The notes beneath the pieces were generated by a model that saw nothing but the letters and a program-made list of their open reading frames with translations, was not told where the DNA came from and made no database searches. DNA of 64,000 nucleotides. Source: an uncultured Porphyromonadaceae bacterium (GTDB lineage Bacteria; Bacteroidota; Bacteroidia; Bacteroidales; UBA12481). The position numbers and the translations under genes were made by a program. Position 1 is the stretch's first letter. Each line of letters begins with the position of its first letter. Below, in pieces: positions 1 to 8,844 of the stretch. Location: contig CAYHCO010000018.1 in assembly GCA_964355105.1 (NCBI GenBank), positions 5,323 to 69,322 of the forward strand. Direction: 5' to 3'.

Positions 1-227
1 TCCTTACTTTCCGGAACCGATACTGGAATTGAAACAAGGGGTTTACCAACCAATTTGCTTAACTCATAGGTTAATTTCCGGTGGTACTTAGCCTCTTTCC
101 CGGGAAATACCTTTTTAAGAATTTGGTTCCTACCCAGTCGGTCATAAAGTCCAATCCCGCTAAGATAATCCTGTTCAGAATCAAGCCAGGCAATAATTTG
201 AGACCTATCACTTTCTTGTAATGTCAT
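1..227 (-). CDS. hypothetical protein, N-terminal part (gene runs off the left window edge)
   Basis: An ATG at 227 on the minus strand opens a stop-free frame down to position 1 (75 codons, MTLQESDRSQIIAWLDSEQDYLSGIGLYDRLG...). It is absent from the ORF track because the window edge truncates it. No family recognised. Confidence 0.4.
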   Translation of the reverse strand, partial: MTLQESDRSQIIAWLDSEQDYLSGIGLYDRLGRNQILKKVFPGKEAKYHRKLTYELSKLVGKPLVSIPVSVPESK

Positions 228-238
228 ACGTAATATCG

Positions 239-260
239 AGATAGATGGCAAGATAGATGC
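239..260 (+). repeat. tandem direct repeat agatagatgG / agatagatgC, 12-bp register (possible recombinase arm-type sites)
   Basis: The 10-mer occurs at 239-248 and 251-260, about 110 bp left of the tRNA-Asn fragment. Confidence 0.35.
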
Positions 261-371
261 CTAATTGGCTTGTGGAAAGGACAATCAGGTAACTGGATAT
301 TTTTCAACTCCGTTTTAAAGCCCCAGGTACAAGGAAGGAGTGACGGAAGAACGTGTCAAATTAGACTAACA

Positions 372-418
372 TCTGGCTGTTAATCAGAGGATCCCTGGTT
401 CGAGGCCAGGATGGAGCG
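372..418 (+). pseudogene. tRNA-Asn(GTT) 3' fragment (anticodon arm to discriminator), attR-like remnant
   Basis: Anticodon stem tctgg/tcaga (372-376/384-388), loop ctGTTaa, variable ggatc, T-arm cctgg-ttcgagg-ccagg (394-410), then acceptor 3' strand atggagc plus g. The 26 nt upstream cannot form the complementary acceptor 5' strand or a D-arm, so this is not an intact tRNA. Confidence 0.55.
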
Positions 419-434
419 CGAAGAAAATGCAGCA

Positions 435-463
435 CTTACCTCATCTAACAGGTAAGAGTTTTT
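435..463 (+). terminator. rho-independent terminator following the tRNA fragment
   Basis: Stem cttacc/ggtaag (435-440/451-456), 10-nt loop, then agTTTTT. Confidence 0.5.
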
Positions 464-530
464 CCGTTTATGCCAGGGAGAAGAAGTTGTCAGAACAGAA
501 CATTCATGAAATCAGTTTTTGCAGCCGATT

Positions 531-1706
531 TCATTTGTACTCATAGAAAATCAAAATCGGATTGTCATTCTCATTGGTTGCCTTGACCAGGTCTAAAATG
601 GAGTCCTTGATTCCGGGCTGTTTGATAATCGATAGATTCTTATCGGCTTGAATAACTTTCTTATATTCTTCTTTAAAATCAAGTGCCTCAATAATATCAA
701 TAAGACCTTCATCCCAGGATCCCACGAAAAATCTGGTTTCGAACAGGGCAAGATCGTTCAGAAAGTTAGTTCGCTTAACGCTGATGGTATTGTTTGAAGA
801 GAGGTTTCCGAAGGCATAGTACATATCCCGGTTATAATCGTAACAAAAACTCAGGTTCTCATTTACGACCTTAATACCGCTAATTAGGCCTGGATAGCCT
901 TTTTGGGAGTTATCTCTCACAGCCGCTTCGAAATCTGTTGATTCTAACAAATGATCCGCCGGTATTTTCGTGTCAAATACAAAATCACAGACCTTCACCA
1001 GGTTCAATGCTGTATCAATACGGAATAAACCATGTTGGAAAATCGGAACCACGTAGGCATTTCTGTCCTTACTGAGGAATAAATTGCTGTGAGTGACAAC
1101 ACTTATGCTGCCAGGGATGGTTCTGATTCCTTCATATACTTTTAGAATCCGTCCCTGACTATTAAATATACCTAATACCATCGGCCCAATCGCATAATCA
1201 TCGGAAAAGAATGGTCCATTATAGCTGTAACCGATATAATTAGTTTCCGACAGTTTCTCAAAACCGCGCACCCAAACAGACCGGTTGGTTTTTATATACT
1301 TACCGCTATAGTCAAAAACCAAGATGCGTCTTGTTCCGGTATCGAGAATCTCAATCTGTTTTTTGGATCTGTTCAAAGTAAATCCCGCCGGATTAACCAT
1401 TTCGCCTGGCCCCTTCCCTTTAGTGCCTATTTTCGCAATAAAATGTCCATCAATGGTGAAAACAAAAAGGGTTTCCTGTCTGTTGTCATAAGCAAAAAGA
1501 TGGTCTCCATCTACTTTTAGTGTGCAGATACCACCAATCAAACATTCCGGACTGGTCTCCAGTTTTACCAGTTTAGCAGATTTAAAAATCTGGGAATAAG
1601 CAACTTTATCATTTGACTTCTCATGGATCCTAATAATATTCTGAGCATTGACAGAATTGATACAAATCAGGATCGGGATAAAAGTTGTAATAACCAATTG
1701 CCTCAT
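531..1706 (-). CDS. 6-bladed beta-propeller protein (BF3164-like), secreted
   Basis: 391-aa ORF with an N-terminal signal peptide. Repeated blade-like G-x-G-P-G-E motifs (GTKGKGPGEM) are shared with the paralogous ORF 4182-5348. Confidence 0.75.
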   Translation of the reverse strand: MRQLVITTFIPILICINSVNAQNIIRIHEKSNDKVAYSQIFKSAKLVKLETSPECLIGGICTLKVDGDHLFAYDNRQETLFVFTIDGHFIAKIGTKGKGPGEMVNPAGFTLNRSKKQIEILDTGTRRILVFDYSGKYIKTNRSVWVRGFEKLSETNYIGYSYNGPFFSDDYAIGPMVLGIFNSQGRILKVYEGIRTIPGSISVVTHSNLFLSKDRNAYVVPIFQHGLFRIDTALNLVKVCDFVFDTKIPADHLLESTDFEAAVRDNSQKGYPGLISGIKVVNENLSFCYDYNRDMYYAFGNLSSNNTISVKRTNFLNDLALFETRFFVGSWDEGLIDIIEALDFKEEYKKVIQADKNLSIIKQPGIKDSILDLVKATNENDNPILIFYEYK

Positions 1707-1972
1707 TCAGTGTTTTGTTGGATGTAATTCATAAATAGGATCACAGCTCAATATTGTCAACTGTGTTTTAATGACCATCTGTGGTTTTTTGTTTGGCGAG
1801 GTATATTGACAAGGCCTTAAAGTTAAAGAAATGTTATTGAACAGCAGTCTACTGAAATTGAGTTATTTCAATATCTCCGATTAGTTCAGGTATCCGTTTT
1901 TCATTGGAAGTGTTCGATGAGTAACCATGCCATCTTCCAGTTTTCATTCTCCTGTCTGTTGCGGATCGTCGC

Positions 1973-2171
1973 CTGAATGGACACCGACAGAAAACCAATC
2001 CTCGCCGGGCTAATTGACCACTTTCTGCCGAACCAGTTGATCAGTGGCCTCCGGAGTCATCTGACCGCCTGGATCATGGCAACCATCAGGCTTACAAATA
2101 CATATAAATGATGGATGAATCAACTCGGCTGGGACTGTTCAACATGTCCGTTTTATCCAATTCCTTGCAAT
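1973..2171 (+). repeat. R repeat, copy A (~200 bp, structured)
   Basis: Aligns over its full length, at roughly 85% identity by eye, to 5499-5700. It shares the nested inverted segments AGTTGAT/ATCAACT and CCATCA/TGATGG. Confidence 0.7.
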
Positions 2172-2261
2172 ATTTAACGTCAAGTAACTCTGAACACTCA
2201 TTGGTATAAAGTTAAAATGTGTGTTTCTCCTAACAAAGCAATGTCTTAGCCAATAAGCCTC

Positions 2262-2885
2262 TCACTTGGTCTTTACGCACCGGATTGAATATCCCCAAAC
2301 CTTCCACTCTTCATAAGTATGTAGAATATCATCACCCGAGGATAAATATCGGGAACAACCCTTATTTATTGGGGTTGCCGTGGATGAAGTCCAGAAATAG
2401 GCAAAATCCCTAAGTCCCATGAATTGTGTTCTGCCATTGGGATCCAGACTTTTACAACCGGAAGCACGTGCGCTGAATCCGCTTTCTCCCCTCACTACGG
2501 CATCCGGGCCATTCCAATGAGTATCCCCAAGTTCTTTCAGTTTTTCTCCTGCCTGATCATCCAAAAAAACTGCCAGCACCTTCCACTCCTGATCCGATGG
2601 CAGATGCCAGCCGGCCGGACAAACCTTCTGGGCAACAGACCATTCATACAATCTGCCATATGTCTTGCAATGGGTCGAATCCAGATTGTAGCAAAAGGAT
2701 CCCTTGGGTACCTCGAAATTCAGATTTTGTGCCATCCATGTTTGCGACCCAATCCGTATCCAGCGGTAGGTCTGATGATCTCGAAGATCTTCGAATGAAC
2801 CGGATGGTTCAATATTGACATCCTGTGCCTTTAACCACATCGGACCTAACAATAAGGTTGCCAGTATTAATATGCAAGTCTTCAT
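2262..2885 (-). CDS. FISUMP (Fibrobacter succinogenes major paralogous) domain protein, secreted
   Basis: 207 aa with a signal peptide. Motifs TWMAQNLN, YGRLYEW and CPAGWHLPSDQEW are typical of the family. Confidence 0.8.
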   Translation of the reverse strand: MKTCILILATLLLGPMWLKAQDVNIEPSGSFEDLRDHQTYRWIRIGSQTWMAQNLNFEVPKGSFCYNLDSTHCKTYGRLYEWSVAQKVCPAGWHLPSDQEWKVLAVFLDDQAGEKLKELGDTHWNGPDAVVRGESGFSARASGCKSLDPNGRTQFMGLRDFAYFWTSSTATPINKGCSRYLSSGDDILHTYEEWKVWGYSIRCVKTK

Positions 2886-2906
2886 CTTGTCGAAAATTGT
2901 TATGAA

Positions 2907-4172
2907 TTACTGAATATACATGGTATACAGGCTTTTATATCTCTGCTCCTGGCGATCCCGGAACATGAACCAAACTTGATTGTCATGGACTCTGACCTTG
3001 TCGATAAATGGATGGTCGGGAATGGAAATTTCCCTGATGATGGTCCCTGTTTCCAGGTTAAGTTCTTTTAGGGTGTACCGACCGGTTAGAGCCGTTCTCC
3101 AGATGGAATAGACTTTACCGGTTATGTCGTCCACAACAATATCCTGTGTGAAATTGACAACATCCAGGTCATAGGCCTTTTTACCCAGTTGGTCATAATA
3201 CATCATGGTATGAAACATGGTTGGGATCTTTTTAACCGACCGGCCTTTCTCATTGAAAAATTCTATCTCATTTGCAAAAAAATTGAACAGGACAATCTGG
3301 TTTTTGTAGGTAATGATGGGAACACAAACGTTCCTTTGCCTCAGATACCGCATATTCCCGAATTCATCATAGATATGTTTGACCCTCTTAATGGTATCGG
3401 TATTCCGTACAATAAAATAGGTGTCATTATTGTTCAAATCTGATTTCTGAAAAAACAGTTTCTCTTTCAACCGGCACTTAATGGGGAAAAGGTAGTTGTA
3501 GCAATCTTCATATTTACTGGGATAAATCAGGTAAATCTTTTCGTCTTTAAGAAAAACCTGCCAGACCTTTGTTTTGGCCATAAGTTGAATCTCACCATAC
3601 GTGTCTTTGAAGAGATAAATTCTTCTTGATGCCGGATCATCGGGAAATCTGATATCCTTACCCATATCATGCAGATTTCTGTAGGAAAAGATATATCCTC
3701 CCAGATTTGTCAAATAGATTCTTTGTTTGAGGGAGTCATTGGCAGACCTTGCCATGATCAGCAATCGATTGTTCCATATCTCATAATCCAGCACCTGCAG
3801 GCTGTCTCCTTCCAGAATGTTTCGGAATTTATCGCCGAAAACTGTGACTTCCCCAATGTTTCTGACTTCCGTAGTCAATAAAACTTTCATGGGCAGTGTA
3901 GTGCTTTCATCCACTGCAAATTGTCTGATACCATAACCCAGATAGCTAAAGATCAGCACAGCCTTTCGAGCCGGTAGTTTTAGCTTAAAAAATCCATCCC
4001 GATTAGTGGTTGTCCCGATATTCGAACCGGCAAGTGAAATATTCACGTTAACCAGGGGCGACATTCCGGCAGAATCGTAAACATACCCTGAGCAGGAAAA
4101 GTCAGCGATCTGGGAAAAGCAACTCATTGCAGCTAATGACACCCCGAAAAGTAATGTAATTGATTTTTTCAT
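2907..4172 (-). CDS. CarboxypepD_reg-like domain protein with unknown C-terminal domain
   Basis: 421 aa with a signal peptide. The N-terminal GYVYDSAG..PLVNVNISL..TTTNRDGFFKL pattern is typical of the carboxypeptidase-regulatory-like fold. Confidence 0.65.
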   Translation of the reverse strand: MKKSITLLFGVSLAAMSCFSQIADFSCSGYVYDSAGMSPLVNVNISLAGSNIGTTTNRDGFFKLKLPARKAVLIFSYLGYGIRQFAVDESTTLPMKVLLTTEVRNIGEVTVFGDKFRNILEGDSLQVLDYEIWNNRLLIMARSANDSLKQRIYLTNLGGYIFSYRNLHDMGKDIRFPDDPASRRIYLFKDTYGEIQLMAKTKVWQVFLKDEKIYLIYPSKYEDCYNYLFPIKCRLKEKLFFQKSDLNNNDTYFIVRNTDTIKRVKHIYDEFGNMRYLRQRNVCVPIITYKNQIVLFNFFANEIEFFNEKGRSVKKIPTMFHTMMYYDQLGKKAYDLDVVNFTQDIVVDDITGKVYSIWRTALTGRYTLKELNLETGTIIREISIPDHPFIDKVRVHDNQVWFMFRDRQEQRYKSLYTMYIQ

Positions 4173-4181
4173 GGCATAAAA

Positions 4182-5348
4182 TCAATTTCCTTTTGGAGTA
4201 ACCAGCATGATAACCGGATTGTCATTAACACTGCTTTTTTCCAACATCCGGATAAAGTCCAGCTGCCGGTCGGGATATTTCAATTCATTTTTTGTGTTTG
4301 GCTTCCAGTATTGCTTTAACATCACCCGATCGAAAAGCATATACAGTTTCCCGTCGGATGTGGTGCCAATGGGCCAGAAATCAGGTCCGCCATCAAAATC
4401 ATTTACAATTCTTGTCCTTTCAGGCAAAGTGACTGACCTGCGTGTATCCTTATTGTACAGATGCTGCCTGGTACGCCCTTGGTAGCTGGTTTCAAGATAG
4501 ATGTACTGATCCGATTCAAATATCCGCATAGGCATCCTGTATTTATCGATCAGTTTTCGATAACCCGGAGTGATAGGGCTGATGGGTAGGACTTTTGGGA
4601 GACGGTGTCTCCCCAGGTCGAGATAATATCTGGGTGTAACCTTAAAATCATCGCTGATCCTGTATACCGTGTCGCACAATCCTTCCCAGACGGTTGCACT
4701 ATCCCGGTATACATACCGTTGGGTATTCTGGACACTAAGATTATCAATATGATCCCATGTATCCTGATTAACTTTGAGCAGATTACAGACGGTAGTGCCA
4801 TTAAGGTCATTGATCACCACTCGATAGCCATTTGAGCGGGCAACCATCCGGGATGAATGGAGGTTTAAAACATTGTCGCTGCCAAATGGAGATGCATATA
4901 AACCGGATAGCACCGACTGCTCCCTGATCAGGTCCCCGTTTAGATTGAATTGCATCATTTTTCCCAGGCGGTCAAAAATGAAGAATGTTTCCCCGGTGGA
5001 ATCAAAATCAAAACCGGCTATCTCGGTATACTTGCCAGGTTCCTTTCCTTTGCCTGAGATTGAGTTCAGAAATCTTCCCTGCCTGTCAAATCGGAGAAAA
5101 GCTTTATCGGCAACGACTATATTATCTGAATTAGCGGCAATATGATGCCCGGGTCCACTGATCCTGCATTGATCGGTGGTTTCCAGAAAAATATATTCAA
5201 CCTCCTGTGCTATGTCTTTCAGGAGAACCGGCTTTTCTCTTTTCAACCCTTTGCCAACTTTTATTGTTTCAGGTTGTTGAGCGGATACGATAACAGGAAA
5301 TACAGAGAACATCCCGATCGTAATGAGCTGAATTAGAATTGTTTTCAT
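4182..5348 (-). CDS. 6-bladed beta-propeller protein (BF3164-like), secreted
   Basis: 388 aa with a signal peptide and a GKGKEPGKY motif. Paralogue of 531-1706. Confidence 0.75.
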   Translation of the reverse strand: MKTILIQLITIGMFSVFPVIVSAQQPETIKVGKGLKREKPVLLKDIAQEVEYIFLETTDQCRISGPGHHIAANSDNIVVADKAFLRFDRQGRFLNSISGKGKEPGKYTEIAGFDFDSTGETFFIFDRLGKMMQFNLNGDLIREQSVLSGLYASPFGSDNVLNLHSSRMVARSNGYRVVINDLNGTTVCNLLKVNQDTWDHIDNLSVQNTQRYVYRDSATVWEGLCDTVYRISDDFKVTPRYYLDLGRHRLPKVLPISPITPGYRKLIDKYRMPMRIFESDQYIYLETSYQGRTRQHLYNKDTRRSVTLPERTRIVNDFDGGPDFWPIGTTSDGKLYMLFDRVMLKQYWKPNTKNELKYPDRQLDFIRMLEKSSVNDNPVIMLVTPKGN

Positions 5349-5498
5349 TATAATTTCAGTATCGATGCAGATGGATTAACGACAAGACGCCAAAAAAACC
5401 TGGGGGATAATCAAAGGTAACAAAATGTGTTATATCCAAGAAGAACCCTTCCGAATTGTGTAAGAAAAGATGTTATCAAGATTTAAATGCAATAAAGT

Positions 5499-5700
5499 CT
5501 AAGTGGACCTGGCGACAGAAAAACCAAACCTCGCCGGGCTATTTGACCGCCTTCCGACGAACCAGTTGATCAGTGGTCGCCGGAGTCATCGGACCAGTTG
5601 GATCATGGCAGCCATCAGGCTTACAACTACAAATGGATGATGGTTTGATCAACTCGGTAGGGACTGGTCAACATGTCCGTTTTTTCCACCTCCAAGCAAT
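5499..5700 (+). repeat. R repeat, copy B (~200 bp, structured)
   Basis: Full-length match to copy A. Its right ~12 nt (cctccaagcaat) coincide with the first nt of the 820-bp duplication. Confidence 0.7.
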
Positions 5701-5729
5701 GAAAGAGAGAGACCAATTATCTGTGAATC

Positions 5730-5963
5730 CTATCCTTTTATTTTACCGCTCGCCTTCCGGACCTTCTTGTCCGGGGTTTCAGTACCGGGGTCCTCACCAG
5801 CAACCTCCGGTAACCTTTCCAGGTACGGCAGCCCCGCCTCATACAGGTCCCGGGCCGTCCCGACCGGTAGATTGGCGCCGGCAAAATCGACTATACCGAA
5901 CCGGGAAGTTTTAACCCTTCCCGGTTCGAGGCCGATCAGGCGGTAGTGCTCCTGCCAGCCCAT
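5730..5963 (-). CDS. hypothetical 77-aa protein (diverged duplicate of 8611-8844)
   Basis: Intact ORF that differs from the 8611-8844 product at roughly one residue in five. Its ATG overlaps the TAA of the upstream pseudogene (TAATG). Confidence 0.5.
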   Translation of the reverse strand: MGWQEHYRLIGLEPGRVKTSRFGIVDFAGANLPVGTARDLYEAGLPYLERLPEVAGEDPGTETPDKKVRKASGKIKG

Positions 5964-6508
5964 TACGGAATTATCGCAGCCGAGAGCGATATGCTCCCAG
6001 GGTATTCATACAGGCTGTGAGTCCGGTAGGTGAAGGTCATACCCAGACCCCGGCGACCATCGGTCGTGGATCCGGTTCCGGAGCCTTCCCCGGCAGAAAA
6101 CTTGGCCGAACGCAGCTCCCATCCGAGCAGGTATTACTGGTTCTGGTTGTCCTCGGCGATAAAGATCAGGTCTTAGTTCTTGTTGGCGTTCATAAACCCG
6201 AGCAGTTTCTTATTTAGGCCCGGGGCAAACACTTTCAGGGTAAGTTCATACCCTTTCCCACCCTCTTCGCCGATGGGGCTAATATCCAGCCGGGCGGCAT
6301 CCTCGGTGGTGTACAGCTCGTACATCCGTTTGCCGGCTTTCATGGTGATGTCCCCGGTGAGTGCACCGGCGGCATCGAGAGTGGCCGGCGTAGCAGGCTG
6401 AGTTGGCCAGGTTGCCACATCGTTCCAGAGACCGAAGTAGATTTTCTGGCCCAGTCCGCCCAGGTTCCTGCCGTCACTCAAAAGTTTTCCTATATCTGCA
6501 AAATCCAT
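5963..6508 (-). pseudogene. pseudogene of the 181-aa island structural protein (two in-frame TAA codons)
   Basis: Same length and frame as 8844-9389. The N-terminal 111 aa are nearly identical. GAG->TAA and AAA->TAA changes interrupt the frame (...NANKN* and ...NQNQ*). Confidence 0.8.
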
Positions 6509-6612
6509 TCAGCTCTCAGCCTTACAACTATCAAGGGATGATGGTTTTATTAACTCGGCAGCGAGAGGCCAATTCCCTTTGGCGAGGATTGGACAACCTG
6601 TCCGTTTATTCT
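6509..6612 (+). repeat. R repeat, copy C (3' ~100 nt only, with an inserted hairpin)
   Basis: Matches the right half of R (cttacaac...gatgatgg...aactcgg...tgtccgttt). It carries an extra GCCAA-ttccct-TTGGC hairpin (6568-6583) and starts exactly where the 820-bp duplicate ends. Confidence 0.55.
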
Positions 6613-6913
6613 ATTTTGGGTCAGGATGTTCAGTTTGCAATCGTGGACATTGGTTAACAATTTCGGCGGAAAGCGGGCAAAGTTGCACCTCTCCGCTCAT
6701 TAAAAAAAAGAAAGCGTTGAATTCCCCAACTCTGTTGTGTCATGGATTTTAAGTTGGTACAATCGGCGGCGCCGGCACTCCGCTTTGGGGTATAAAACGA
6801 TTGAAGAGTTTTATATAATAAATAGTATTCTTAAAAATGCCGCTTTGCTTAACTCAGACTCCGGTTATTGGTAGCAAGTCCAGTGCCACACTGTTGCTGA
6901 TTCTAAACACGGG

Positions 6914-8410
6914 TTATAACTTGTCTCCTTCGTTCTGCATCATAATAATCTGTTTCTCCAAGGTTTCAATTTCCGAGGGGCGGGCAGCATCTTTGTTAAT
7001 TATTTTGCCATTTTCATCAATCAACAAATACCAGGGAATTGCAATTATCCCATTTTCATTGAATATCCTAATCAAGTCATCCTTGAACTCTTGGCTAGCC
7101 CTAATGTGGTGGCCGTCGAGTTTGTAAAATTTGATCATTTCTTTCCATTGCTCTTCCTTGTCCTGTTTGTCAATGGAAATATAGAGGACCTCAAATCCTT
7201 TTGATTTCAAGAGAGTATCCAATGAATCCTTGTATTTAAATTCCGCTTTGCAAGGCCCACACCAAGTAGCCCACACATCGACGTAAACTTTTTTACCCTT
7301 AAACTTTGCTATACACTCTTCAAAAGTTGAAATATCATCGGCATTATCGATGAATTTCACCTGGTTACTGAAACTTGTTTTCGCTAGTTTTTGGTATTCG
7401 GCAACCGGATTGACCAATGGAATCAAGTAAGGAATTGCCATGCTTTGAGGATACTTGACATTAAATCTTTCGAAAATCGCTATCAATTCCTTTTCAAAAT
7501 TTTTCTGCAAGCACCTTTCATATATTAAAGAAGCAGCGAAAGTTTCAGCCATTTTCTTAGAGAATAACTTTTCAGATAATGCAATCGCCTCCGTGTATTG
7601 CAACCCTTTCTTTAAGCTGCTCTTTAATACCTTAAGATCACTTGTATCACCAAGATATTGTTGGTACTCTACATAATATTTTGCGTATTCAAACCATCTG
7701 GGGGATAGAAGATTTTTGGGGTCAACTGGAGGGTTTTTTTCGAAGATTTCCTTCCATTGTTTTTTTAATTCTGCCGGATAGATTGCAGGGTTAAAAACAT
7801 CTCCCCTATAGAGTTTTATAAGGGGAAAAGTTGAAAGCAGAGTGGAGAAATAACAGTTACGATCAATCAAAACTTCGTTAAAAAAACTCTCCGATATCGA
7901 ACCTTTTTCAAGTAATTCCTGGAATTTTTTTATTTGCTCATCCTTTTGCAATCTAACCTTTTCGGAGTAAAGAGAAAAATTCTCAGCCTCACCAATCCTT
8001 CCAAATTCCATTTGAACCAAATACGGTGAGGGTAGTTCGTTATATAGTTTTTGTCCAGCTTCATTCGGCCCTAAAATATTAAACAATGTTTTTCCATCCT
8101 TAAGTTCAAACGAAACCTGAAATGATTCACCTGGCTCGGCAATGATAAATCCATCAGTGAAGGAGGCATAGATTGTAATAACAGTAGGTTGTTCAATTTG
8201 AATTTGTAAAAGAAAAGTCCCATCTGCATTAATGACAATTGAATCACGGAATCCAGGGAATGGGAATCCGTTTATCGGATTAACATACTGTAATCGCGTT
8301 GGGACAAATCCAACTACCTTACCTTTGATCGTTACGGTATTATTGTCAGTACCATAAGCAGTAATCCTTCCGATGATTAGAAGAAAAAGAAGCAGTGATT
8401 TGATCTTCAT
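6914..8410 (-). CDS. TlpA/ResA-like thiol-disulfide oxidoreductase with long N-terminal domain, secreted
   Basis: 498 aa with a signal peptide and a C-terminal thioredoxin fold carrying WATWCGPC. Confidence 0.8.
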   Translation of the reverse strand: MKIKSLLLFLLIIGRITAYGTDNNTVTIKGKVVGFVPTRLQYVNPINGFPFPGFRDSIVINADGTFLLQIQIEQPTVITIYASFTDGFIIAEPGESFQVSFELKDGKTLFNILGPNEAGQKLYNELPSPYLVQMEFGRIGEAENFSLYSEKVRLQKDEQIKKFQELLEKGSISESFFNEVLIDRNCYFSTLLSTFPLIKLYRGDVFNPAIYPAELKKQWKEIFEKNPPVDPKNLLSPRWFEYAKYYVEYQQYLGDTSDLKVLKSSLKKGLQYTEAIALSEKLFSKKMAETFAASLIYERCLQKNFEKELIAIFERFNVKYPQSMAIPYLIPLVNPVAEYQKLAKTSFSNQVKFIDNADDISTFEECIAKFKGKKVYVDVWATWCGPCKAEFKYKDSLDTLLKSKGFEVLYISIDKQDKEEQWKEMIKFYKLDGHHIRASQEFKDDLIRIFNENGIIAIPWYLLIDENGKIINKDAARPSEIETLEKQIIMMQNEGDKL

Positions 8411-8610
8411 AGTTGGCGGTTGAGGTGAAATAATTGAAATCTCATAAAGTTAGTGAATTGTTAAACAGGTGGAGCCTTCCGGAAAAAACTGTGTTTACCT
8501 GTTTTCCCAGATCAGTCAGAAACACCCACCACAACAAGTAAGAAAGGCCCCCCACCTTCCGGCAGGGAGCCTCCAAGCAATGAAAGAGAAAGACCAATTA
8601 CCTGAGAATC

Positions 8611-8844
8611 CTATCCTTTTATTTTACCGCTTACCTTCCGAACCGGCATGGCAGGGGTTTCAATCACCGGTTCCTTATTGGAAGCCTCCGGTACCCTTTC
8701 CAGGTAGGGCAAACCCGCCTCATACAAGTCCCGGACCGTCCCGACTGGTAGATTGGGGTCGGCAAAATCGACCACACCGAACCGGGAAGTTTTAACCCTT
8801 CCCGGTTCGATGCCGATCAGGCGGTAGTGCTCCAGCCAGCCCAT
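8611..8844 (-). CDS. hypothetical 77-aa protein (last gene of island operon)
   Basis: ORF translationally coupled (TAATG) to the upstream 181-aa gene. A paralogous copy lies at 5730-5963. Confidence 0.6.
   Translation of the reverse strand: MGWLEHYRLIGIEPGRVKTSRFGVVDFADPNLPVGTVRDLYEAGLPYLERVPEASNKEPVIETPAMPVRKVSGKIKG

Larger units (their letters stand above)
5689..6508 (-). repeat. 820-bp direct duplicate (decayed) of island terminus 8570-9389
   Basis: Collinear with 8570-9389 at a constant offset of 2881 nt at both ends, with no indels. Confidence 0.85.

Noticed and set aside
346-418. A complete tRNA-Asn gene.
   Set aside because: The 26 nt preceding the anticodon stem (gaagaacgtgtcaaattagactaaca) cannot pair with the acceptor 3' strand atggagc and do not form a D-arm. 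Only the 3' ~47 nt is tRNA-like.
5573-5914. Plus-strand ORFs of 113 aa (5573-5914) and 108 aa (8469-8795) spanning the R repeat or intergenic DNA and running antisense to the 77-aa genes.
   Set aside because: They are Pro/Gly-rich shadow frames of the minus-strand genes. They start inside non-coding repeat sequence, and the two copies are not conserved as proteins upstream of the duplicated segment.
1973-6612. R repeats as DGR template/variable repeats, or as integron attC sites.
   Set aside because: - No reverse transcriptase or IntI-type integrase is in the window.
- Differences between copies A and B are not biased to adenines.
- The bracketed units are multi-gene blocks rather than single promoterless cassettes.
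- The attC-like idea cannot be fully excluded without the flanking sequence.
8411-8569. A possible short direct repeat between the island's left flank (ataattgaaatct, ~8432) and right flank (gtaattgtgaaatat, ~18985) as att sites.
   Set aside because: The match is short, imperfect and lies in AT-rich DNA where it is expected by chance. It does not define boundaries without comparative data.
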